NCBI GenBank assembly: GCA_965662845.1
Contig: CBFIJD010000038.1
Location: 8,046-28,121, forward strand
Source: an uncultured bacterium
GTDB lineage: Bacteria; SAR324; NAC60-12
Length of the DNA stretch: 20,076 nt
Direction: 5' to 3'
Below the pieces are notes generated by a model. That model made no database searches and was not told the origin of the DNA. It saw nothing but the letters and a program-made list of their open reading frames with translations. A program made the position numbers and the translations under genes. Below are positions 7,840-16,685 of the stretch, piece after piece. Within the stretch, counting starts at the first letter, position 1. The number at the start of each line of letters is the position of its first letter.

Positions 7840-8391
7840 ATGCTTCAATTTGTGAGTTCGAATACAAATAAAGCTAAGGAATTGCAGAATGTTTTGCAAA
7901 CTCCGTTGGAACTCTGTCCGCTTTTGCTACCTGAGATTCAGACCGATGACTTGGAAGAGCTTGTCGGCTACAAGGCTCGCACGGCTTATGATGCCTGCGC
8001 AAAGCCTTTGATTGTCGAAGACACCTCGCTCTACTTTGACGCATGGGGAAACCTCCCTGGCCCGTTGATTAAGTGGTTTCTGCGGAACCTGTCGCTAGAG
8101 CAGCTTGTGCAAGCGGTGGCAGTGGGAGGGAACCTGCGCGCCCGCGCAGTGTGTGTGATCGGCTTGACGCAAGATGGAGAAGAAGTGCACCAATTTCGGG
8201 GAGTGGTGGCCGGCGAGCTCCAACAACCCCGTGGGCAGGCGGGTTTTGGGTGGGATGCGATTTTTCAGCCTGAGGGCTCTACCCACACCTTTGCGGAGAT
8301 GACAGCCGCAGAGAAGCAGCGCTACTCCATGCGGACACTCGCGGCCCAAGCGCTCAAAGATTTCTTAGCGCCGGTGGCAACGCAAAGTTGA
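7840..8391 (+). CDS. Non-canonical purine NTP pyrophosphatase (Ham1/ITPase/RdgB family)
   Basis: Motifs FVSSNTNKAKE, LPEIQ, VEDTSL, LPGPLIKWF, GFGWDAIF, TFAEM and EKQRYSMR. AGGT immediately precedes the ATG. Confidence 0.92.
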   Translation: MLQFVSSNTNKAKELQNVLQTPLELCPLLLPEIQTDDLEELVGYKARTAYDACAKPLIVEDTSLYFDAWGNLPGPLIKWFLRNLSLEQLVQAVAVGGNLRARAVCVIGLTQDGEEVHQFRGVVAGELQQPRGQAGFGWDAIFQPEGSTHTFAEMTAAEKQRYSMRTLAAQALKDFLAPVATQS

Positions 8392-9298
8392 CCTCCTCGC
8401 GCACATAACTCAGCTCGCGCACCGCGTGCCTCGGCGCCAGCTGTTGCAAGCGCTGCACGATGCTCTGCACGATGTCTTCTGGCGCCGACGCCCCAGCCGT
8501 AATGCCGATGCGAGTAATATCCTGAACATCCTCCGCTTGCACCTGATCTGCCGACTCGACACGCCGTGCTGGGATCCCTCGCGCTTGGGCGACCTCCACC
8601 AGCCGTAGCGTGTTAGAGCTGTTCGCCGCCCCCACCACCAGCACGCGCTCCACCTCTTTGATCAGCTCTTTCACGGCGTTCTGGCGATTTTGCGTCGCAT
8701 AGCAGATGTCGTCTTTAGCCGGCCCCTCAATCTGGGGGAAGCGGCGGCGCAAGACCTCAATGATCTTCGCCGTATCGTCCAGCGAGAGCGTAGTCTGAGT
8801 CAAATACGCAACGCGCGCGGGATCGGCCACCTCGACCGTCTCCGCGTCTTGCTCAGTCTCCACAACCATCATCCGCTCGGGAGCCTCTCCTAGCGTCCCT
8901 TGGACCTCCACGTGGTCGGCGTGCCCAATCAGCAAGATGGTGAAGTCCTTTCGGTCATAGCGTTGCGCCTCGCCATGAACTTTGGTCACCAAGGGACAGG
9001 TCGCGTCCACGACGTCCAGTCCACGACCGCGCGCTTGTTCTCGCACTTGAGGAGAGACCCCGTGTGCTGAAAAGATCGCGTGGGCGCCTTCTGGAATCTC
9101 GGTGACTTCTTCCACAAAGATCACGCCGCGCTGTTGCAGGCGCTCGACCACGTGTCGGTTGTGGACAATCTCATGCCGCACATAAATGGGCGGCCCCCAC
9201 TTTTCGAGAGCCTTTTCTACAATCATGATGGCGCGATCCACTCCAGCACAGAATCCTCGTGGGCTGGCCAGCACAATCTCTAATGTTGGAGCATGCAT
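8354..9298 (-). CDS. ispH: 4-hydroxy-3-methylbut-2-enyl diphosphate reductase
   Basis: PRGFCAGVDRA, HEIVHN, FSAHGV, DATCPLVTKVH, HVEV, QTTLS, DICYATQNRQ, NSSN and TAGASAPE. All three [4Fe-4S] cysteines are present. Confidence 0.97.
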   Translation of the reverse strand: MHAPTLEIVLASPRGFCAGVDRAIMIVEKALEKWGPPIYVRHEIVHNRHVVERLQQRGVIFVEEVTEIPEGAHAIFSAHGVSPQVREQARGRGLDVVDATCPLVTKVHGEAQRYDRKDFTILLIGHADHVEVQGTLGEAPERMMVVETEQDAETVEVADPARVAYLTQTTLSLDDTAKIIEVLRRRFPQIEGPAKDDICYATQNRQNAVKELIKEVERVLVVGAANSSNTLRLVEVAQARGIPARRVESADQVQAEDVQDITRIGITAGASAPEDIVQSIVQRLQQLAPRHAVRELSYVREEVNFALPPALRNL

Positions 9299-9324
9299 AA
9301 TGTTCTAGCTAAAAGATTACGGAA

Positions 9325-9353
9325 GGGGTTGGGCCGTGGGCCCTGGGGAAGGG
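9325..9353 (+). other. G-quadruplex-forming motif in the polA-ispH spacer
   Basis: GGGG-tt-GGG-ccgt-GGG-ccct-GGGG-aa-GGG: five G-tracts with 2-4 nt loops. Confidence 0.5.
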
Positions 9354-9359
9354 CTGAAC

Positions 9360-12092
9360 TCAATGGGCCTCCAGCCAGTTTTCTCCTACGCCCACTTCGA
9401 CCACAAGCGGGACCTCCAGCAAGACGACCTGTTCCATCTCTTGGCGGATGAGCGCTTGCACCGTGTCCACCTCATCACGCGGAGCCTCAAACACCAATTC
9501 GTCGTGAACCGAAAGCACCATCTGGGTCGCAAGTTGCTCTCTGCGCAGCCGCCGATCCACGGCGAGCATCGCCAGCTTGATGATCTCCGCCGCGCTGCCT
9601 TGGATCGGCGTGTTGATCGCCGCCCCTTCTGCCATGCGTTTTTGCAAGCCTTTGCCGTTGATTTCCGGCAGATAGCGCCGTCGCCCAAAGAGCGTGGTAG
9701 CGTACCCCTCCTTGCGCGCCTTTTCCAGAAAGTGTTCTTGCAGCGCGTGAATCGTCGCATACTTCTGAAAATACGCCTCGATGAAACGCTTCGCCTCGCT
9801 TTTGGAAGTCTGCGTCACCATCGAGAGGCGCTCTGGCCCCATGCGATAAATCAAACCAAAGTTGACCTCTTTGGCCTTAGAGCGCAGCTCTCGTGTGACG
9901 TCGCTCTCGGCCACCTGAAAGATAGCAGCGGCCGTCAGCGCATGAATGTCGAGTCGCTGGCGATAGGCCTCTAAGAACGTCGGATCTTTCGAGTAATGCG
10001 CGACCACTCGCAGCTCAATTTGACTGTAGTCTGCCGCGAGCAAGATCCGATCTGGCTGGGAGGGAATGAACACCTTGCGGATGCGACGTCCCTCTGCGCT
10101 GCGAATGGGGATGTTCTGCAGGTTCGGGTTGTCGGAGGAGAGACGCCCTGTTGCCGTAGCGACCTGATGAAAGGTGGAGTGAATGCGATGCGTTGCAGGG
10201 TGCACGTATGTGGGCAGCTGATCTACATACGTGTTCTTCAGCTTGTTCAGCGCGCGATATTCCAGAATGGTACGCGGCAGCGGGTACTCCTGCATTTTTT
10301 CTAGGGTCTCTTCGTCTGTAGACATGCCGTTGCCGAGCTTGATCTTCTTGGGTTTGATGCCGCAAGCCTCGTGCAGCTTAAACTTTTCATAGAGCACACT
10401 TTGTAATTCTACCACGGAGTTCAGATTAAACTCGTGGTCGGCCAAGTTGTGCACGGTGCTGCGCAGGTCGTTTAAACGCTTCTCAAACTCACGGGAAATG
10501 CTCGCGAGCTGCTCCGTATCAATCGCAATGCCTTCGTACTCCATCTTAGCTAAGGAGTGCGCAAGCGGTAACTCAATGTGCTGATACAGCTCCCAAAGCT
10601 GATTGCGTTGGAGTTGGGATGCCAAGTGCTGCCAGAGTTGCCACACAATCACCACGCTCTCACATTGCAACGCGACGTTGCTCGACGACGCCTCAGGCAA
10701 CATCGACAGCTGCGCGGGCTCCGCTTCGGTGTGCCTCTCTGAGCGCTGCTGCTGCAGGCGGCGTGTGAGCAGAAAGTCTAGGTCAAAGCGTTTCTCTAAA
10801 GGATCCGTCAAATGCGAAGCGATCGTCACGTCGCCAAGCACCCCTCGCAAGGCGATGTCTTGGTTCCGACAGACCTGCCAAAACGGCTTGACATGATGCA
10901 AGACTTTCTGAAGCGACTCATTTTCAAAGAAGCGCCTTAGCAGCGGCAACGTTTGTTGGTCGTTGGGGACGTAGAAGCTCGCGGCAGCGTTGGTACAGAA
11001 CGCCACGCCCACGAGCTGACTCTCACGCTTGGAACTCACAATCGTCTCTGGTTGCACAGCCACCGTGACGTCTGCCGTGTCTTCCAGCGTCTGAAGCCAC
11101 GCCTCCAACTCGGAAGGCCCCTTTGTCTCGTGCTGAAAGTGCGGCACCTCTGTGATGCCTTCTGGGGTTGGCGGTTCTTCGATTTGTGATTCCGCCTTTG
11201 CCGACTTCGCCCCCTGAGTTGACTTCGACGTCCCCCCCGCAAAGCGCTTCAGCAAGGTGTGAAACTCCAGCTCTCGTAAAATTTCATGGAACGCATCATT
11301 TTCATAAAGATTCACTTTTTCTAAATGTAAATCTTCCAGCGTTGCCGTGAGCGGGACCTCACGATAAATCGTCACCAGCTCTCGTGAGAGCAGCGCATTT
11401 TCCCGTCCTTCTTCTAGTTTTTTACGCACCGATTTGCTGCTGATGTTGGCCAAGTTCTCATAGATGCGCGGAATGGATCCGAACTCTTGCACGAGCTTAA
11501 TCGCCGTTTTTTCTCCCACTCCACGCACGCCAGGGATGTTATCGGAGGCGTCTCCCATCAACCCGAGCACCTCAATCACTTGTTCGGGGGCGCAGCCAAA
11601 CTTTTCCGTTACGCCCTCTAGGCCAACGCGCTCTCCTTTGTGGTTGAGCAGAGTGATCTCCTCCGTCACGAGCTGCAGGTAGTCTTTGTCGCTGGTGACC
11701 ATCACACCCTCCAGCTTTTGCTCTTCACACCAGCGCATGAGCGTCCCGATAATATCGTCCGCTTCATATCCCGGTAAGATCAAATAAGGCAGCTGCAGCG
11801 CTTCGACGAGGCGCGGTAGATAGGGCAGCTGCTCTACGAGATCTTCGGGCATTTTCTCGCGAGTGGCTTTGTATTCTGGGAATTGTTGGTGTCGAAACGT
11901 CGGTTCAGAGGCATCGGAGGCCACCGCGAGATATTCCGGTTGGTCTTCTTCAACGATCTTCACAATTTGCTGCAAAACGCCACGAATCCCGCTGGTGTTT
12001 AAGCCTTTGGAGTTGATCAACGGGTTGCGGATCATCGCGAAGTAGCTGCGATAGAAAAGCGCCATCGAGTCAATGGCAAACAGACGAGGCAT
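9360..12092 (-). CDS. polA: DNA polymerase I (5'-3' exonuclease plus polymerase; 3'-5' exonuclease motifs degenerate)
   Basis: 5'-nuclease motifs YKATR, EADDIIGTL, SDKD and GDASDNIPGV. Polymerase motifs TGRLSS.NPNLQNIP, A (DYSQIELR), B (RSKAKEVNFGLIY), NTPIQGSAA and C (VHDEL). Confidence 0.97.
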   Translation of the reverse strand: MPRLFAIDSMALFYRSYFAMIRNPLINSKGLNTSGIRGVLQQIVKIVEEDQPEYLAVASDASEPTFRHQQFPEYKATREKMPEDLVEQLPYLPRLVEALQLPYLILPGYEADDIIGTLMRWCEEQKLEGVMVTSDKDYLQLVTEEITLLNHKGERVGLEGVTEKFGCAPEQVIEVLGLMGDASDNIPGVRGVGEKTAIKLVQEFGSIPRIYENLANISSKSVRKKLEEGRENALLSRELVTIYREVPLTATLEDLHLEKVNLYENDAFHEILRELEFHTLLKRFAGGTSKSTQGAKSAKAESQIEEPPTPEGITEVPHFQHETKGPSELEAWLQTLEDTADVTVAVQPETIVSSKRESQLVGVAFCTNAAASFYVPNDQQTLPLLRRFFENESLQKVLHHVKPFWQVCRNQDIALRGVLGDVTIASHLTDPLEKRFDLDFLLTRRLQQQRSERHTEAEPAQLSMLPEASSSNVALQCESVVIVWQLWQHLASQLQRNQLWELYQHIELPLAHSLAKMEYEGIAIDTEQLASISREFEKRLNDLRSTVHNLADHEFNLNSVVELQSVLYEKFKLHEACGIKPKKIKLGNGMSTDEETLEKMQEYPLPRTILEYRALNKLKNTYVDQLPTYVHPATHRIHSTFHQVATATGRLSSDNPNLQNIPIRSAEGRRIRKVFIPSQPDRILLAADYSQIELRVVAHYSKDPTFLEAYRQRLDIHALTAAAIFQVAESDVTRELRSKAKEVNFGLIYRMGPERLSMVTQTSKSEAKRFIEAYFQKYATIHALQEHFLEKARKEGYATTLFGRRRYLPEINGKGLQKRMAEGAAINTPIQGSAAEIIKLAMLAVDRRLRREQLATQMVLSVHDELVFEAPRDEVDTVQALIRQEMEQVVLLEVPLVVEVGVGENWLEAH

Positions 12093-12143
12093 GAGACCGA
12101 CAGGGTTGAGAGTGAGAAGAAGTTCCGTTGGGGCGTTGAGGAA

Positions 12144-12899
12144 TTAGGAGAGGCGTCGGAAGAGCAAGACCGTGATATTGTCCGTCCCACCGGCCTCATT
12201 GGCAAGATCGACAAGGCGCCGCGCGAGGTTTGCGAGAGAAGCTTGCTTGAGGAGCAACGTCTCCAGATGAGACTCCTGCAACAAATCGGTGAGCCCATCG
12301 GAGCACAGCAGGTAGAGTTCCCCAGCTTGGGGAGCCGCCTGTGGAGTGAGTTCCAGGTGCACGTGGTCTGGTCGCGTCCCACCGACAACGTGGTGGATGA
12401 GGTGTTTTTGCGGATGAAACAACATATCCGCTCGCGACATCTCTCCCTGATCAACGAGCTGCTGAACGGGCGAGTGGTCTTTGGTGAGCGGCGTCAGTTT
12501 TTCATGAGCAAAACGATACACACGGCTGTCGCCGACATGGAAGGTGTACCACCCCTCTGCGAAGCGTCCCCACCCCGCGAGAGTGGTCGCCATCCCGTGT
12601 TGGGAAGGCTGCTGTGCGCCTCGCATCCTCAACTCTTCGTGGCTGCGCTGCACCATCATTTGCAGCTGAGAGAGCGTCGCGTTGGCGGGGAGCTCCTGCA
12701 ACACGTTGAGGACGTGCCGCGAGGCGACTTCTCCTGCCCGCATGCCTCCGACCCCATCTGCGACCGCGAAGAGGGGTGGCTCGCTCTCTTCTGCCCAAGC
12801 GACTGCGCCTTCCTGATGCACTGTCTGCAGCAAAAATGCGTCTTCGTTGTGCGCGCGTATTTGACCGACGTCTGTGAGCGCGTAGGCTTCCCATTTCAT
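12144..12899 (-). CDS. PP2C/PPM-family Ser/Thr protein phosphatase
   Basis: TDVGQIRAHNED, VADGVGG, HVGDSRVY, LTKDHS, LCSDGL and GGTDNIT, with the metal-binding aspartates intact. ATGA overlap with the holA stop. Confidence 0.93.
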   Translation of the reverse strand: MKWEAYALTDVGQIRAHNEDAFLLQTVHQEGAVAWAEESEPPLFAVADGVGGMRAGEVASRHVLNVLQELPANATLSQLQMMVQRSHEELRMRGAQQPSQHGMATTLAGWGRFAEGWYTFHVGDSRVYRFAHEKLTPLTKDHSPVQQLVDQGEMSRADMLFHPQKHLIHHVVGGTRPDHVHLELTPQAAPQAGELYLLCSDGLTDLLQESHLETLLLKQASLANLARRLVDLANEAGGTDNITVLLFRRLS

Positions 12900-13939
12900 G
12901 CGTTTCGGAAGGCTCCCTGACTGATTTGCTGCAGCAAATCTTGCAACAAAGGTTTGGCGTGTTGTTGGTGAAATTTGACGGCGAGGTCGAGGTCGGCCAG
13001 GTGAATTAAGATCCGTTCCAGCTCTTCTACAGAGAATTGCCGCGCGTTGCGGAGCACCTGTTTGCCGATGAAAGGATGCAATCGCAAGCGGGAAAGAATC
13101 TCTTGCTCAGGGAGCGACTGCTGCCAGCCGTAATGAATCTGCAACAACCGTCGGAATTGTGCCGTGAGCAGCCCATACAGTTTGACCGTCTCACGCGGAT
13201 TTTCGCGCAGCTGTTGTTCTAGGGTCGCCAGAGCGCCCCGCAAATCTTTACGGGCGGCGCTTTCTGACAAGGCAAACACCGAGAAGTGCTTGTGTCCCTG
13301 CACGTGCTGTTGCAGCGTAGCCTCTTCCACTTGCGCGCGGCTCCCCAGCAACAAGGAGAGCTTCTCAAGCTCTTGCTCCAAATCGGCCAGATCATTCCCC
13401 ACCATCTCAATCAAGAGCTGGGGAGTCGCGCCTCGTAGTTGCAGTCCTTTCTGCTGAGCGCGCTGTCGCACCCACTCCACCGGCTGATCGTTGTCATAGG
13501 CCACAAACTTCGCGACTCGCCCCGCCTTTTTGCAGGCAGCCAACAGCGGCTTGCTCAGGTCGCTCTCACGCATGGCTGAGCTACAGAGAATCAGCCACAC
13601 GCCTGCTAGCGGCGCTTGGGCAAACTGCTGAATGCTCTGCAGCAACCTCGCCGTTGAAGAGGACTCTTTGCCTTTGGTCGCTTTGATCAGTTCCGCCTGA
13701 TCCAAACGCACAATTTTGCGTTCTTGCAAGAAGGGCAGCGCTTCCAAGCTCATGGTGAGGTCGCTCAGCACACTGTCGGCGTCGCCACCTTTGACCGCTT
13801 CCGAGACCGCGTATCGCTCCAGGCACAGCTCTCGTTGTTCGGCTTCTGGCACCAAGATGGTTAGGATTTTCTGCACTTCTTCGTCGAGGGCGAGCTGCTG
13901 ATTGCCGTACAGCAGCGTGACAGGAGGGATGCGTTTCAT
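12896..13939 (-). CDS. holA: DNA polymerase III subunit delta (clamp loader)
   Basis: 347 aa with LLYG, LPFLQERKIVRL, VGNDLADLEQELEKL, SVFAL, LHPF and DLAVK, typical of HolA. ATGA overlap with the ptsP stop. Confidence 0.88.
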   Translation of the reverse strand: MKRIPPVTLLYGNQQLALDEEVQKILTILVPEAEQRELCLERYAVSEAVKGGDADSVLSDLTMSLEALPFLQERKIVRLDQAELIKATKGKESSSTARLLQSIQQFAQAPLAGVWLILCSSAMRESDLSKPLLAACKKAGRVAKFVAYDNDQPVEWVRQRAQQKGLQLRGATPQLLIEMVGNDLADLEQELEKLSLLLGSRAQVEEATLQQHVQGHKHFSVFALSESAARKDLRGALATLEQQLRENPRETVKLYGLLTAQFRRLLQIHYGWQQSLPEQEILSRLRLHPFIGKQVLRNARQFSVEELERILIHLADLDLAVKFHQQHAKPLLQDLLQQISQGAFRNA

Positions 13940-16233
13940 GCAGGGCGATAGGCAGGAGCAAGGCGAGCGGCGATTTCTCTGCGGACTTCTTGGGCGGAGT
14001 CAGCCTGGTGTAAGGCAAACTGGGCCAGCTCTTGCGCTTGCTGCAGCGTGATGTGAGCCAAGCGCTCTTTCACGACCGGAATCAGCGGAGCGGTCATCGA
14101 GAGCAAGCGCATTCCTAAGCCGACCAAAATGATGCAGCCGTCTGGGTCAGAGGCCATTTCTCCGCAGAGTTCGAGCGGTTTGTTCGCTTGGTCACACACT
14201 CGCACCAGCTGCGCAATCATTTGCAGCACCGCAGGATGCAGCGGGTCGTACAGGTTGGCAATGTTGGGATTGTTTCGATCCACCGCCAAGACATATTGCG
14301 TGAGGTCGTTGGAACCAATCGAGCAGAAGTCCACTTCGCCCAACAGCCGCTCACAGGTCAACACCGCTGCGGGGACTTCAAACATGATGCCGATGGGCAG
14401 CTCGGGCGGGTGATGCCCCTCAAGCAGCAGCTCCTCGCGGCACTCCTGATAGAGCGCTTTGGCCCCTTGCACTTCGCGCAATTCCGTAATCATCGGAAAC
14501 AGCAGCCGCACGTTGCTTTGTCCTTCGGCGGCCTTGAGCACCGCTTTGATCTGCGTTTTGAGCACCTTAGGATTTTGTAGCTGCCGCCGCAGGGCGCGGT
14601 ACCCCAAGAAAGGGTTGTCTTCCGGTTGAAAGCCCATGTAAGGCGCAGCTTTGTCAGCGCCCAGATCTAAGGTCCGAAAAACGACAGGGTGCTCGGCAGG
14701 GACGCTCCTCACAATTTTACCGTATGTCTCGCACTGGTGCTCAAGCGTTGGATAGCTGTCTAGCGACAAGAAATAGATCTCTGAACGATACAACCCGATC
14801 CCTTCTGCACCATACTGCTGTAGCTGAAAGGTCTCATTTTCCAGCGCGACGTTTGCGAAGATCTCAATGCGCGTCCCATCTTGAGTCCGACACGGGAGGT
14901 CTCGATAGCTCTCCAGCTGGGTGCGATAGCGCGCCTGCTCTTCCAGCATGCGGGAAAATTCCTCCACCACCTCGTTGCTTGGCCGCACGATGACGCTGCC
15001 GGCTTGGCCGTCTAAGGCGAGGAGGTCTCCCTCATTGATTTGGTCAATCGCCTTTTCAGGGATGCAGATCGCGGGCACCAGAAGCGACCGCGCCAGAATC
15101 GCCGCATGCGAGACCACGCCACCGCTACAGGTGACAATGCCGCGAATCTTTTGGCTGTCAATGCGAGCCATGTCGCTCGGCAACACTTGTCGCGCCACCA
15201 ACACGCCCTCACGATCTGTCATCGCAGACGTTCCGTGCCCCAGGTGATGCAACAAACGAAAGCCCACATCGCGGAGGTCAGAGCTCTTCTCTCGCAGATA
15301 GGCGTCGTCGATATTGTCGAAGGCCGCGAGGTATTCGTGAATGACTTGATAGATCGACCAGGCTGCGGAGTTCTCTGCGTTGATGTAGCGGCGGATCTTC
15401 TCCTGCAGAACAGAGTCTTCCAAAAACATGATGTGCGCATGGAAAATGGCGGCTTCTTCAGGGCTCACCAGTCCAGAGAGGCGATCGATCAACCCCAACA
15501 CATCCTGAATCGTCCGATGTAACGCGTCATGGAAAATGCGGGTCTCTTCTTCAATGGTGCGCCGTGATTCTCGTGACGGTTCCTCGAGGGAAGTCTGCTC
15601 CAAGACAATCGCTTTGCCCAAGCCCACTCCGTTCGCGACCGCCGTGCCCTCGAGTCGATTAGTGGGAGTCGCCGCCACCGTCAGCTCAAGCGGGCGGGTC
15701 TCGTTTTGATCGTCAAGGTTCTTAATCAGCAGCGCCTTCGAGACGAGCCCCGCAATTTGTGAGGCAATGGTCGTCATCAGCTGCTCTTCACTTGCCGAGA
15801 AGCTCCGCTGGCGGGTCGTGTGCACACTCAGCACGCCAATACTGCGGCGATAGACCAAGAGCGGCACCCCGAGGAAAGAGGCGTAGGCGCTCTCCCCGAT
15901 GTTGGGGAACAGCTTGAAGCGTGGATGCTGGTGCATGGCTAGCACTTGCAGCGGACGCGACTCTTGCAACACTAGGCCGGTCAACCCTTCATGCGGGGGC
16001 ATACTAACCGAGTCAATCGCGTCTGGTTGCAGACCATAGGTCGCTTTCAGGCGCAGCAGCTCCTGCTCCGCTTGATAGGCGTAAATCGCGCAGGCGTCCA
16101 CCTTCATGCGTTCGGCGATCATGCGTGCGGTCTGCTGCAGCGTTTCGTCGGCGTTGTGGGAGGTCGTGATGATCTGGCTGATATCAGCCAGAATCTGGAG
16201 GGCAGCGTCTTGAGAGAGGGGGGTTTCGTTCAT
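13936..16233 (-). CDS. ptsP: GAF-domain phosphoenolpyruvate-protein phosphotransferase, enzyme I(Ntr)
   Basis: N-terminal GAF domain (EGLTGLV, HPRFK, SFLGVPL). EI motifs IFHAH, YLREK..DLRD, GGVVSHAAILAR (phospho-His), GIGLYRSE, RTLDLGADK, EDNPFLGYR, SIGSNDLTQY and CGEMA. 765 aa. Confidence 0.95.
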   Translation of the reverse strand: MNETPLSQDAALQILADISQIITTSHNADETLQQTARMIAERMKVDACAIYAYQAEQELLRLKATYGLQPDAIDSVSMPPHEGLTGLVLQESRPLQVLAMHQHPRFKLFPNIGESAYASFLGVPLLVYRRSIGVLSVHTTRQRSFSASEEQLMTTIASQIAGLVSKALLIKNLDDQNETRPLELTVAATPTNRLEGTAVANGVGLGKAIVLEQTSLEEPSRESRRTIEEETRIFHDALHRTIQDVLGLIDRLSGLVSPEEAAIFHAHIMFLEDSVLQEKIRRYINAENSAAWSIYQVIHEYLAAFDNIDDAYLREKSSDLRDVGFRLLHHLGHGTSAMTDREGVLVARQVLPSDMARIDSQKIRGIVTCSGGVVSHAAILARSLLVPAICIPEKAIDQINEGDLLALDGQAGSVIVRPSNEVVEEFSRMLEEQARYRTQLESYRDLPCRTQDGTRIEIFANVALENETFQLQQYGAEGIGLYRSEIYFLSLDSYPTLEHQCETYGKIVRSVPAEHPVVFRTLDLGADKAAPYMGFQPEDNPFLGYRALRRQLQNPKVLKTQIKAVLKAAEGQSNVRLLFPMITELREVQGAKALYQECREELLLEGHHPPELPIGIMFEVPAAVLTCERLLGEVDFCSIGSNDLTQYVLAVDRNNPNIANLYDPLHPAVLQMIAQLVRVCDQANKPLELCGEMASDPDGCIILVGLGMRLLSMTAPLIPVVKERLAHITLQQAQELAQFALHQADSAQEVRREIAARLAPAYRPA

Positions 16234-16251
16234 GCAGAGTTTGTCATGCCG

Positions 16252-16657
<406 letters not shown>

Positions 16658-16685
16658 CCCCTTCAACCTAGAATTTGTGCGGGCT

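Noticed and set aside
9336..9974. 212-aa + strand ORF antisense to polA (similarly 12243-12920, 5104-5826, 4656-5273, 3545-4273, 6291-6944, 17867-18382)
   Set aside because: Shadow ORFs expected in GC-rich coding DNA. They have no recognisable motifs and overlap well-supported genes.
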